64,000 nt of DNA from Phyllobates terribilis. Its lineage: Eukaryota. A program made the translations under genes and the position numbers. Under the pieces are notes generated by a model. It was not told where the DNA came from, ran no database searches, and saw only the letters and a program-made list of their open reading frames with translations. Location: positions 932,232,001 through 932,296,000 of the forward strand of contig NW_027362762.1 in assembly GCF_046119375.1 (NCBI RefSeq), read 5' to 3'. Shown here one piece after another: positions 12,318 to 25,047 of this stretch. Each line of letters starts with the position of its first letter. Positions within the stretch are counted from its first letter, which is position 1.

Positions 12318-13664
12318 TATATAGTCATTACACACAGAGTGATCTATTCCAAGTGTTTATTTCTGTTAATGTTGATGATTATGGCTTACAGCCAATGAAA
12401 ACACAAAAGTCATTATCTCAGTAAATTAGAATACTTTATAACAGCTTGAAAAATGTTTTTAAAATCCGAAATGTTGGCCTACTGAAATGTATGGTCAGTA
12501 AATGCCCTCAATACTTGGTCGGGCTCCTTTTGCATCAATTACTGCATCAATGCGGCATGGAGGGATCAGCCTGTGGCTGCTGAGGGGTTATGGAAGCCCA
12601 GGTGGCTTTGATAGCAGCCTTCAGCTCGTCTGCATTGTTGGGTCTGGTGTCTCATCTTCCTCTTGACAGTACCCCATAGATTCTCTATAATAGATTCTCT
12701 ATGGGGTTAAGGTCAGGCGAGTTTGCTGCCAATCAAGCACAGTGATACTGTTGTGTGTAAACCAGGTATTGGTACTTTTGGCCGTGTGGACAGGGGCCAA
12801 GTCCTGCTGGAGAATGACATTTCCATCTCCAAAAAGCTTGTCGGCAGAGGGAAGCATGAAGTGCTCTAAAATTTCCTGGTAGACGGCTGCGCTGACTTTG
12901 GTCTTGATAAAACACAGTGGACCTACACCAGCAGATGACATGGCTCCCCAAACCATCACTGATTGTGGAAACTTCACACTAGACCTCCAGCAGCTTGGAT
13001 TGTGGCCTCTCCACTCTTCCTCCAGACTCTGGGACCTTGTGCAGTGTGTCAGTGACTGCCTTCTGGACATCTGTCAAGTCAGCAGTCTTCCCCATGATTG
13101 TGGAGCCTACTGAAACAGACTAAGGGACCTTTTTAAACGTGTAGGAAGCCTTTGTAGGTGTTTTTTGTTAATTATTCTAATTTACTGAGATAATAACTTT
13201 TGTGTTTTCAATGGCTGTAAGCCATAATCATCAACATAAGGAGAAATAAACACTTGAAATAGATCACTCTGTGTGTAATGACTCTATATAAGAGTTTCAC
13301 TTTTTGTATTGAAGAACTGAAATAAATTAACTTTTTGATGATATTCTAATTTAGTGAGATGCACTTGTACTGCTGAAGAAGTCTGTGCGAAACCAGGCAG
13401 AACTTATCATAAAGTTCTCTATTTGCAAAGGAAACTGTGAAATCTGCCGCAAATTGGCAACAAAATACGGATGTGACAAGTGTGGATTTTGCTGCAGCGA
13501 CATCTTCTATGTGTGGACATAACCTTAAAGGGAACAGGTCATCAGAAGCCACCTATTGTGTGAATCATGGGATATTTTTTAGCGCAGTTTATAGCTGCGT
13601 GTAAGATCATAATTCTATGGAGAAAAGAGTTGATGGCAGCGGCTTAGCACGGCTTTATTCCTAC

Positions 13665-13716
13665 CTGTCTCCGCAGACTCCTGCACAGGGAGGTTCTTTC
13701 CTTTCTTCTTTGCCAT
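13665..13716 (-). CDS. USP16: USP16 first coding exon (exon spans 13665-13735)
   Basis: Acceptor ttttccag|GGTG at 13735, ATG at 13716, MAKKKGKNLPVQESAET, donor G|gtagga in phase 1 matching the next exon. Human starts MGKKRTKGK. Confidence 0.88.
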
Positions 13717-14935
13717 TTTCCTACTTTAATTCACCCTGGAAAAGCAATAAAGTGAAGTCAGATCCTCCTTTAGTGTATTATCAGCGTTATCGGCTCATCC
13801 AGGACACGACGTATGGTTCTCAGAATACAGCCGTCCATGTTTGATCCAGCGAGATCTCCGCTAATTACCTGCTTCTGACACTCGGATTCCATTACTGTAG
13901 ACACAGGAATGGCGGCTCGGCCATATACGTCTGTGCCCGGTAACGCTGAACTTTTTTTTTTTTTCACCCCTATTAAAAAAAAAACGCTTAATAGGGAATG
14001 TGTGTCATCAGAGGAGAATGGCGTATTGTTTATTAGGATAGATGGAATTTTTTAAGTTTTTTTCAGCTTTTTTTTTTTGCTCCAAACTGATTACGACTTT
14101 AGCACCATTTTTCCCTTTTTTTTTTTTTTAGTCCTCGTTATAAATGTGTTGGATTTTCTTGTCGTTGATCATAAATCGAATTGCTCGCTGTAGACTTCAA
14201 TGCAAGTTGCATGGGATGTGTGTTCAACTTATTTGTGATTTTTTTTTTTAACGCAAAACTCAAAGCTCTAAAATAGTCACACGGATGTTTATTTATTTTT
14301 TTTTTACACTACTTTTCCGACATCTTCACCAGTCTCAGATCACAATGTAGGGATCGGCTGCAGTTCTCCCGCCCTGAGAGTGATAGCCTCATAGAAATAT
14401 ATGCTAGAGTCGGGAGACTCCAGCATATATTTATTGAAATGCTTTATGTGCCTCAAAATAATACCAATAAAAATCACAGCTCACCATGCAAAAAAAAAAA
14501 AAAAAAACACACAACAGCCCTCAGCGGAAAAATAAGTTACAGAAAATACACCATCGACAAAAACCAAAGATCGTATTTTGTTTTAAAAAAATAAATAAGG
14601 GCCTTCTTTTAAACCACTAAAATAATAATGACTGCAGAAGTTTGGTATCGCAGCATCTGTATTGACCTGAACAATCACATTTCCAGGTCGTCAGCACAAC
14701 GAAACCAAAAAAATGGCAGAAATTAGGGAAGGGGGTTCTAGTTTCTCCTCACTTTTATCCCTTTTTCAGTACATTAACGGTAAAATAAATGGGGGGCATT
14801 CAAAACTGTATAAAAAAAAAAAAAGTTGTTGGGAAAGTGAGGGGTTAACCGGTGATCCTGAGGCGGCTGACACGTCGGCCCAGAGACGGCAGCGGGACCG
14901 ACCGACCGACCCACCCGTCGGCCCAGAGGCGGCGG

Positions 14936-17122
14936 CTGACATGTTGGCCCCACAGTGGCTGATACGTTAGCCCTGAGGCGCCGGTGACTGACATGTTGGC
15001 CCCCACAGTGGCTGATACGTTAGCCCTGAGGCGCCGGTGACTGACATGTTGGCCCCCACAGTGGCTGATACGTTAGCCCTGAGGCGCCGGTGACTGACAT
15101 GTTGGCCCCCACAGTGGCTGATACGTTAGCCCTGAGGCGCCGGTGACTGACATGTTGGCCCCCACAGTGGCTGATACGTTAGCCCTGAGGCGCCGGTGAC
15201 TGACATGTTGGCCCCCACAGTGGCTGATACGTTAGCCCTGAGGCGCCGGTGACTGACATGTTGGCCCCCACAGTGGCTGATACGTTAGCCCTGAGGCGCC
15301 GGTGACTGACATGTTGGCCCCCACAGTGGCTGATACGTTAGCCCTGAGGCGCCGGTGACTGACATGTTGGCCCCCACAGTGGCTGATACGTTAGCCCTGA
15401 GGCGCCGGTGACTGACATGTTGGCCCCCACAGTGGCTGATACGTTAGCCCTGAGGCGCCGGTGACTGACATGTTGGCCCCCACAGTGGCTGATACGTTAG
15501 CCCTGAGGCGCCGGTGACTGACATGTTGGCCCCCACAGTGGCTGATACGTTAGCCCTGAGGCGCCGGTGACTGACATGTTGGCCCCCACAGTGGCTGATA
15601 CGTTAGCCCTGAGGCGCCGGTGACTGACATGTTGGCCCCCACAGTGGCTGATACGTTAGCCCTGAGGCGCCGGTGACTGACATGTTGGCCCCCACAGTGG
15701 CTGATACGTTAGCCCTGAGGCGCCGGTGACTGACATGTTGGCCCCCACAGTGGCTGATACGTTAGCCCTGAGGCGCCGGTGACTGACATGTTGGCCCCCA
15801 CAGTGGCTGATACGTTAGCCCTGAGGCGCCGGTGACTGACATGTTGGCCCCCACAGTGGCTGATACGTTAGCCCTGAGGCGCCGGTGACTGACATGTTGG
15901 CCCCCACAGTGGCTGATACGTTAGCCCTGAGGCGCCGGTGACTGACATGTTGGCCCCCACAGTGGCTGATACGTTAGCCCTGAGGCGCCGGTGACTGACA
16001 TGTTGGCCCCCACAGTGGCTGATACGTTAGCCCTGAGGCGCCGGTGACTGACATGTTGGCCCCCACAGTGGCTGATACGTTAGCCCTGAGGCGCCGGTGA
16101 CTGACATGTTGGCCCCCACAGTGGCTGATACGTTAGCCCTGAGGCGCCGGTGACTGACATGTTGGCCCCCACAGTGGCTGATACGTTAGCCCTGAGGCGC
16201 CGGTGACTGACATGTTGGCCCCCACAGTGGCTGATACGTTAGCCCTGAGGCGCCGGTGACTGACATGTTGGCCCCCACAGTGGCTGATACGTTAGCCCTG
16301 AGGCGCCGGTGACTGACATGTTGGCCCCCACAGTGGCTGATACGTTAGCCCTGAGGCGCCGGTGACTGACATGTTGGCCCCCACAGTGGCTGATACGTTA
16401 GCCCTGAGGCGCCGGTGACTGACATGTTGGCCCCCACAGTGGCTGATACGTTAGCCCTGAGGCGCCGGTGACTGACATGTTGGCCCCCACAGTGGCTGAT
16501 ACGTTAGCCCTGAGGCGCCGGTGACTGACATGTTGGCCCCCACAGTGGCTGATACGTTAGCCCTGAGGCGCCGGTGACTGACATGTTGGCCCCCACAGTG
16601 GCTGATACGTTAGCCCTGAGGCGCCGGTGACTGACATGTTGGCCCCCACAGTGGCTGATACGTTAGCCCTGAGGCGCCGGTGACTGACATGTTGGCCCCC
16701 ACAGTGGCTGATACGTTAGCCCTGAGGCGCCGGTGACTGACATGTTGGCCCCCACAGTGGCTGATACGTTAGCCCTGAGGCGCCGGTGACTGACATGTTG
16801 GCCCCCACAGTGGCTGATACGTTAGCCCTGAGGCGCCGGTGACTGACATGTTGGCCCCCACAGTGGCTGATACGTTAGCCCTGAGGCGCCGGTGACTGAC
16901 ATGTTGGCCCCCACAGTGGCTGATACGTTAGCCCTGAGGCGCCGGTGACTGACATGTTGGCCCCCACAGTGGCTGATACGTTAGCCCTGAGGCGCCGGTG
17001 ACTGACATGTTGGCCCCCACAGTGGCTGATACGTTAGCCCTGAGGCGCCGGTGACTGACATGTTGGCCCCACAGTGGCTGATACGTTAGCCCTGAGGCGC
17101 CGGTGACTGACATGTTGGCCCC
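14936..17122. repeat. 53-bp GC-rich minisatellite, about 41 near-identical copies
   Basis: Unit atgttggcccccacagtggctgatacgttagccctgaggcgccggtgactgac; only the terminal units differ (one C shorter). Confidence 0.98.
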
Positions 17123-17129
17123 GTTTCTC

Positions 17130-17900
17130 ACTTCTGCAGCAGCTCAGGGTTCACAGTGTGTTGCGGTTTTACTTTTTCCCCAATATGGTGGCGCTTTCCT
17201 TCTGCACCGCTACCAACATGTGCAAATATATCCTAAACATGGTGATAACTACAAATAGGAGTAAAGCGATGGGGAATTCTCCAGCGCAGATCCGGATACA
17301 CAGGAATTCGCCCCTTTTGCACCGCGCCTCCACATTAGGCGCATTGCTCCCTACATTACTGCAGTCTGTGCATGTCTCTGCCTGTACTGACAGCCCTCAG
17401 CGGACGCTGCCACCTACCTCAGCACTTAGGTCCCAGCATATGGCCACAGCTCTCACACAACATCTGGCAGCGATGCCATAAAGTACAGGAGTATTAGATC
17501 TGGCGCATGCGCAGTGCGGCCGCGCCCTGTCAGCTCTCCCCACGTGTCGCCGCTGTGCTGTCTCCCGTCGATCCTTCTACACGTTACCGGCTTTCTCTCC
17601 GTGCTTAGCTTGGCAGTTCAGTGTGAAATCCAGAGAAAATAAATTGTAGTATGTGGCAAACTTTATGTCTCCATTTGTGTGGCGAAGAAATAATTGGGTC
17701 GGCCATTAACTTGGAGATCAACAAATGAAACCTTGTAAGTAATATTCTACGGCAACATGGCGGCATTTAGGACTTTAATCTAGTTTGTTCTCTTAGGATA
17801 AAACGTGCAGATGCGTCAGATGACGTATAAAGCAGGAACTGCTTGGTCATTGGTTAGAAATTCGACAGACAGGTAAAACAACCAATTACACTAAAGAAGC
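17130..17900. promoter_or_regulatory. Putative bidirectional promoter region between USP16 and RWDD2B
   Basis: CpG-retaining unique sequence between divergent genes. NRF1-type GCGCATGCGC at 17503-17512, CACGTG near 17541, YY1-like caacatggcggc near 17753, TGACG half-sites and TATAAA near 17810-17832. Confidence 0.55.
17132..17200 (-). other. USP16: Candidate non-coding exon 1 of USP16 (5' boundary approximate)
   Basis: Donor GAA|gtgaga at 17132/17131 directly beside the minisatellite; YY1-like gcgccaccatattgg upstream. No transcript evidence. Confidence 0.4.
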
Positions 17901-18939
17901 CGGATCCAAGCTCCTCCTGATTACGTGTATTACGTTTCAGTGTAACGTGTATATAATAATGTCAACTACGGTCGCAATGGCTAAAACCATCATTGCTAAA
18001 TAGTTCTGTTTTCTATGTGTGAACACCAAAACGCCATTTTGGATGAGGTCAACTTTATAGCGTGACATTGAAAAATCCTGTAGATTTAATATGCAGTTTG
18101 CCCGTACCAAATATGTCCGCCTTGCGTGATTTTTTTTAATTTTTTTACAATAACTTTATTAATACTGTCAATGTCAATCCATTGATAAGCGCTAAACGAA
18201 ACTATTGCCGAACCCAGTACACGCCAGAGGCTGATCACGTGTTCATGGCATCACCTGACCCTTTCAGACCAATGAGCAGTAGCCTTTACAGACATATGGC
18301 TCTAAGCACTCTGGAAGTGCAGCTGTGTTGGTAAGTTAACCCATAAGCTGCCTTGTGGCCCCAGTACCTGTGCTATCTCTCCTACTGGGCCTTGTAGTAC
18401 TATCACTATAATCATTTCTGTGCCTTGGCTGAGATGAGAGGCATCTTATTTCACTTTTAAAGAGGCTTCCCTAGATATTAATATTGCTGGAAAGGTTTAA
18501 ACATCTTCGGATGGGGTAAGGAGGTAATTTTTTTTTAACTTTTCTTTAAAACATGGATGTATTTTGGGCTAAAAAATATTTTTGCGATTGGGTTTCTTTA
18601 AGAGTTTTGTACCGTTTGTCTTCTGTGGCCTCTGCGTGTTGTGCTGTACATTGCTGCCTGCAAAGTGAGTCACCTGAGGATCCCTCAGTGAGCTCCTCTC
18701 AGCTGATTTAAGACCACGCTGGTTTGTGTGGTCCGAAAAGCTTAAAAGAAAGACAGAAGAGTTACACCAGCTCACTGACGGATTCTCAGTTAACTCATTC
18801 TGCAGCCAACAATGTGCCGGGAAACAAAGAACCAAACGGTGCAACGTTTTGAATGAAACTCAATTGCATAAATTATTATTATCCCCCAAATACTTGCATT
18901 AAAACAATAAATTGCCCCCAAAGGTGCCAATAACCTTTG

Positions 18940-19862
18940 AAGGGAACCGGTCAGCTGACACATGCTGCCTGAACCACCACTGACAGGCCTCTTTCTATTT
19001 GTGTGGTGCGGAGACTAGTCAGTAAAAACACAGAGTTCTTTGAATATTTAAAGTATCGGAGTAACCCATATATGGCTGAAATAATATCGCTGGTGTCTGA
19101 TTCATGTTGCCCATGGTCTGGTCAAGTTCCCTTTATTCATATCGGTCACCAGATTTCACAATACAAACTGCAGACGTTAATAAATAGATCTTATTGACCT
19201 GATGAGGCTGATGTATTTACTTTTAACAATTATGCCGGAATGGCTGCACAGTCACTTATGAAAGTTTAAAGGGATTAAAACTCTGTTTTTTTAATTACTA
19301 AGTAAAATAAAAGCTTATAATCACCTCCCACTTTGTCACCGTTACAACGATGTCGGCACCAGGTCTCCTGTAGCTCGTGTGACATTATGTCACCTGAACG
19401 CTGCAGCCAATCGGTGGCCACTCTAACAAAATAGTAAAGGCAGCAGGCGGTCAGCGGCCACTGATTGGCTGCAGCGCTCACGTAACATAACAATGTCACA
19501 CAAGCTACAGGAGACCCGGTGCCGACATCACTGGTGCGGGAGGTGGTTATAAGCTTATAATATTTTATATTATATTCTGCCCAATTAGCCTGACTGACAG
19601 CTCCTCAGTGTCTCTCCACCCTGCCGAGATCTCACACTGCTCAGTACAAGCCGCTTCTGTCAGGCTGGGAAGGCAGAGACTGAATACAGTTGGATCATGA
19701 GCTCTGTATTCTATATATTCTATAGCCAGACTCCTAAAGTGTTAATCTTAATGTCAACCATTCTGATATGGATTTCAAAATAAGTACATCAGCCTCATCA
19801 AGTGGAAGAGATGTATTTGATAAAGTGTAGTTTTTATTGTTAAATCTGATGACTGATCCGCT
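18940..19862. mobile_element. Palindromic MITE in the RWDD2B upstream intron, with an inner hairpin of about 250 bp (19311-19557)
   Basis: Inverted arms aagcttataatcacctccc...gatgtcggcacc / ggtgccgacatc...ggttataagctt; outer inverted blocks gatgaggctgatgta / tacatcagcctcatc. Confidence 0.6.
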
Positions 19863-19980
19863 AGTAGTTTTGTAAAATTCCTTACTGTTCACAGTTTCCA
19901 CATCTACTCCGAATATTCTCGTCCGGGCCGTACGTGTCCAGGTTTAGGAGACTGACTATTATTCTTGGTTCCTTCAGAGA

Positions 19981-20187
19981 ATGACGAGCTATGAGGAAGC
20001 CGAGGCTCAAATATCTGAACTGGACCTTCTATCCAGCATGTTCCCCAATGAGGAAGAGTTCAACATCACCGATGAGTTAGCGCTGGCCGAGCTGCGGGAT
20101 TACACGGAGAGGCGCGCCGCTGTCACCCCCACATTCCAGATTCAGTTCACTCTGACTATGAAGCTGGGCGAGGCGGACACAGCCCAG
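19981..20187 (+). CDS. RWDD2B: RWDD2B coding exon 1 (RWD domain N-part)
   Basis: Acceptor ccttcag| at 19977, ATG at 19981; MTSYEEAEAQISELDLLSSMFPNEEEF (human [23 protein letters not shown]); donor CAG|gtaaga. Confidence 0.94.
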
Positions 20188-20321
20188 GTAAGACCGCCAC
20201 CGACCCTAGGCTGACTACAAGGGCTCGTTCACACAAGTGTATAAATCAGACAAGTGCAATGCGAGAGAATTGCACTCAGACCAATGTTATTCAATGAGGC
20301 CTGGTTTTCTCTGTCTTGTAG

Positions 20322-20389
20322 CACGTGCTGTCGTTACATTGCTCATACCCGCCGCACTACCCTAACGTGCCTCCAGAAATCGTTGTCAG
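20322..20389 (+). CDS. RWDD2B: RWDD2B coding exon 2
   Basis: cttgtag|CAC ... AG|gtaaag; HVLSLHCSYPPHYPNVPPEIVV, the YPxxYPxxxP motif of RWD domains. Confidence 0.93.
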
Positions 20390-20778
20390 GTAAAGTTTGC
20401 GCTGTCCTATTTCTCTTTATCATATGGAAACTGAACCATCAGTTATATTGTATAGACTGAAAAAAGCCTATAATCCAAAAAATAATTCCAATATGGGTAA
20501 GAGCACACAAAATATATCATAGAAGTATCGCTCCCATTTAATCAAACATCAGACAAAATGCAGATATACACAATAAATATTTTGAGATAAAAAAACTACA
20601 TAATAAAAATAGAATTTTAAAAGTTAATAGTGAAAACAAGAAACAATGAAAGCAAGGGGGGGCCAATGAGAGACAGAAAATCATGAAAATAAGATTACAA
20701 TACCAAGGCTAGCCACCAGATGGCAGAATATTACCAAGGAGTAATGATAACAGGTATGTATAGGCACATGTGTGTATA

Positions 20779-20788
<10 letters not shown>

Positions 20789-20822
<34 letters not shown>
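20789..20822. repeat. (TA)n microsatellite
   Basis: Direct read. Confidence 0.95.
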
Positions 20823-20825
<3 letters not shown>

Positions 20826-21339
20826 CAGTTATATGGAAAAGTTTGGGCACCCCTATTAATCTTAAGCTTAATGTTTTATAAAAATTGGTGTTTTTGCAAC
20901 AGCTATTTCAGTTTGATATATGTAATAACTGTTGGACACAGTAATGTTTCTGCCTTGAAATGAGGTTTATTGTACTAACAGAAAATGTGCAATCTGCATT
21001 CAATCAAAATTTGACAGGTGCATAAGTATGGGCACCCTTATCATTTTCTTGTTTTAAATACTCCTACCTACTTATTACTGACTTACTAAAGCACTTTTTT
21101 TGGTTTTGTAACCTCATTGAGCTTTGAACTTCATAGCCAGGTGTATGCAATCATGAGAAAAGCTACTTAAAGTGGCCACTTGCAAGTTGTTCTCCTGTTT
21201 GAAGAACCTAGAATATAAGACATATTTTCAGTTGTTTCACACTTTTTTGTTAAGTATATAATTCCACATGTGTTAATTCATAGTTTTGATGCCTTCAGGG
21301 TGAATGTACAATTTTCAAAGTCAAGAAAATACAGAAAAA
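20826..21339 (+). mobile_element. Left part of a Tc1 IR/DR element joined to the right-IR fragment of a different Tc1, ending at a gap
   Basis: TA|cagttatatggaaaagtttgggcacccct start; from about 21202 the sequence is identical to 43657-43794. Confidence 0.7.
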
Positions 21340-21481
21340 TNNNNNNNNNNNNNNNNNNNNNNNNNNNNNNNNNNNNNNNNNNNNNNNNNNNNNNNNNNNN
21401 NNNNNNNNNNNNNNNNNNNNNNNNNNNNNNNNNNNNNNNNNNNNNNNNNNNNNNNNNNNNNNNNNNNNNNNNNNNNNNNNN
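21340..21481. other. Assembly gap (N run)
   Basis: 142 N. Confidence 1.
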
Positions 21482-22802
21482 TTACATTGCACCAAATCTT
21501 TATATATCTAACTTGCAGAAGTGCATTGTAATTAACATTGTGGATATAATATATATCACTACATCTAATTTCTACGTTTAGTAACAAACTGTTCATCTCT
21601 CCCTCCATCCTCCCCATCCATCTCGCCTCGTCCTCAGAACTGTTTCTCAGCATTGAATCCTTTGTCTCCAAACAAAGACAGCCACATCATGCCCTCTCCT
21701 CCTCCCACCTACTAATACTTTCTCTGCTCCTCCTCACTGCCGGTGATATCTCTCCAAATCCTGGTCCCCCTCACCACATCCCAACAGTCACTTCTACCTC
21801 TCATCCACGATCTATCACAAGTTTCCACAACCTTTCTAACCTCATACCCATCCGCCCAGCCCCCACTTCTCCAGTCCCACTAACAGGAGCTCTCTGGAAT
21901 GCTCGCTCTATCTGCAACAAACTCTCATACATCCATGATCTTGTCATTATTTTCAAACTTTCCTTCCTCGCCATCACCGAAACCTGGCTCACCCCCTCCG
22001 ACTCAGCCTCTCCAGCAGCACTTTCTTATGGTGGATTCCACCTTTCTCACACTCCCCGCCCCAGCGGCAAGCATGGTGGAGGAGTAGGTTTTCTCCTGTA
22101 AGATAACTGCTCCTTCACCCAAATTCCACTGCCACCCTCCATTACTCTTTTTTTTTTTTTTGAGGTGCACTCTGTGCGCATCTACTCCCCCTCCAATTTC
22201 CAACTGGCTTTCATGACTTCATCCGCCTCTGTTCCCTATCTAACCTCTCTACCTCACCTCTCCCTCTTTCTGACCACAACCTACTCTCATTCTCTTCCCT
22301 CTCCTCTTCTGGCACACAGTCCCACTCCACAAACCTGCACACCCTTGCAGAAATCTTAAACACCTTAATCTACACTCACTCTCTGAGTCCCTTTTCCCTC
22401 TTGCAAACATAAGTTCCTTACACGATGCAGATGCTGCTGCCGCTTTATATAAAACCACAACAGCTGTAGCTCTTCAATCGGTCGCCCCCCCTCACAAAGC
22501 TCACACAATCAACAGGCAACCCTGGCACACCAGCCTGACCAAAGAACTGAGGCGGGCTTCCAGCGTTGCTGAGTGGAGATGGAAAAGATCCCACTCCAAC
22601 AAGCACTTCATCACATTCAAACAGTCCCTCACTACTTTAAAATCCACCCTCACTGCAGCAAAGCAAACCAACTTCTCATCTCTCATATCCTCCGTCTCAC
22701 AGCCCTAAACAGCTATTCAACACCTTCAATTCTCTCCTCTGTTCCCCCAGCACCTCTTCCCTCTCCTCTCATCTCAGCTGAAGACTTTGCCTCATTCTTC
22801 AA

Positions 22803-23138
22803 CAGGGCTGTGGAGTCGGTAAGCCAATCCTCCAACTCCTCAATTTCCATGACACCGACTCCAACTCCAACTCCCTCATACACGGCTCATGTTTAAGTGA
22901 TAGATTTACTGTAGCACAGATTCATCTCAGCTAAAAGTCTAGAGCCTTAGATCAGGAATAGGACAGACATTTATAGGACATTTCATAACTTTCCCAAATT
23001 CTTATGAAAAAAATATTCCCCACAAACTGCATTGAACTACTTGCTGTGCCCAATTTATTATATATTTTAGGAGTCGGAGTCGGTCCATTTTATACCGACT
23101 CCGACTCCACCAAAATGGACTCCGACTCCACAGCCCTG
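22803..23138. mobile_element. hAT-type MITE, copy 1
   Basis: TIR CAGGGCTGTGGAGTC; 8-bp TSD ttcttcaa; subterminal CCGACT repeats. Confidence 0.93.
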
Positions 23139-24206
23139 TTCTTCAAGCAGAAGATCGATCACATCAGAGAAAGCTTTGGCCTACAACCCCCACAACCCCT
23201 CCTCATAACTATTCAGTCCTCCTCCTCCAAATCCAGCTCATACACCATTACTGAAGATCAACTTTCCTCTCTACTCTCAAGATCACATGTCACCACCTGT
23301 GCGCTCGGCCCGATCCTGACCTACCTCATCTCAAACCTCAACACATTCTTCATCCCAACCCTAACCCATCTCTTCAACCTGTCACTAACAACTGTTGTTT
23401 TCCCCTTATGCTTCAAATATGCCTCGATCACACCCATCCTCAAAAAGCCATCCCTTGACCCATCCTCTCTGACTAGCTATTACCTCTTATCACTTCTACC
23501 CTATGTCTCAAAACTACTAGAACAACATGTCTTGAACTGTCCTCCCACCTCTCCTCCTGCTTCTCTTTGACCGCCTCCAATCTGGCTTCCGACCGCATCA
23601 CTCCCCTGAAACTGCACTGACTAAAGTCACCAACGACCTACTAACTGCCAAACTCAAGCGACACTACTCTGTCCTCCTACTCCTGGACCTGTCATCTGCC
23701 TTTGACACAGTGGACCATTCCCTCTTACTACAGAATCTCTCATCTATCGGCATCACAGGTTTGGCCCTATCCTGGATCTCCTCATACCTAACAGACAGGA
23801 CATTCAGTGTCTCCCACTCACACACCACCTCCTCATCTCACCCCCTATCTGTCGGTGTCTCACAAGGCTCAATTCTTGGACCCCTACTCTTCTCCATCTA
23901 CACCTTCGGCCTGGGACAGCTCATAGAGTCTCACGGCTTTCAGTATCACCTCTGATGACACACAGATCTACCTCTCTGGACCCGATATCTCCTCCTTACT
24001 AACCAGAATTCCAGTGTGTCTGTCCACTATCTCATCTTTCTTCACTGCTAAATTTCTAAAACTCAACCTGGATAAAACCGAATTCATCATCTTTCCGCCA
24101 TCTCACTCAGCCTCCCCATCTGACCTATCTGTCATAGTCAATGGCTGCCCACTCTCCCCAGTCCCGCAAGCCCGCTGCCTCGGGGTAACACTGACCTCTC
24201 CTTTAA

Positions 24207-25047
24207 GGCTAAGTGCCCACGATGCAGAAATGCTGCATATTTTTTCCGCATCTCCCTGGCAGGAAAAACGCATGCGGATTTTACATGTGTTTTTCCCGTC
24301 CGGTAGAAGCATTTGTCAAGCGTTTTTGCATGCGGGTTATCAAGTTCTTTTCCAAGCGATTTTAGCATCACTTAGGAAAGTGCTTGAAAACTTGGTCACA
24401 CCATATAAATCCATGCAACCGGCGTATATAGTGTGACCAAGTTAATAGTTAAAAAAAAAAAAGAATAAGAATGGTAAAAAATAAAGATTATACTTACCTT
24501 CTCTGCTGCGTCCCGTCTCTTGTACTGCTCACGGTGGTGTGAAAGGACATTTCATGACGTCATTTAGTCATGTGACTAAATTACGTCATGGAAGGTCCTT
24601 TTAGACCATCGCAAGCTGTACAAGAGACCGGATGCATCGTTGAGGAGACCGGGGGCCATCAGAAGGTAAGTATAATCTTTATTTTTTATTTTAAATTCTT
24701 CTTTAACAGGTACCATGGTACCCGGGTCTGGAGGAGAGTCTCCTCTTTTCCAGACCTGGGTACCATCCGCACATTGAATCGCTTAATATCCGCATGTGCA
24801 CATGTAGTGATGCGGATATTATGCGATTCAGTGGCGGCAGTTACGCTGCGTGACCGCAAAATTAATGGACGTGCTGCATATTTTTCCGCAATGATAATCC
24901 GCAGCGGAAATTTCCGCAGCATGTGCACAGCACATTCGGATTATCATTGGGGACCATGGGGCACGTGTTACCAAGCGTTTTTAAGCGTTTTCGCTGAGGA
25001 AATTCCGCGACGAAAACGCTTGATAAATGCATAGTGGGCACACAGCC
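24207..25047. mobile_element. PIF/Harbinger-type MITE inside the L2 RT
   Basis: TIR GGCT..GTGCCCAC / GTGGGCAC..AGCC; TAA TSD. Removing it restores L2 DLSFKPHI. Confidence 0.88.

Larger units (their letters stand above)
10409..13367 (-). mobile_element. IR/DR-type Tc1 element with internally deleted transposase, interrupted by a second Tc1
   Basis: Long (about 250-bp) inverted repeats, atctcactaaattagaatatcatcaaaaag and complement. Transposase start MGKTADL at 13095; remnants VMVWGAMSSAGVG and ILQQDLAP. Left IR is split at a TA by the 10483-12317 element. Confidence 0.85.

Noticed and set aside
14936-17122. Minisatellite as a CRISPR-like array, coding repeat or recursive-splice array (CTAAC...CAG in each unit on the minus strand)
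   Set aside because: No spacers; unit length is not a multiple of 3 and stops occur; no polypyrimidine tract and the branch-AG spacing is too short.
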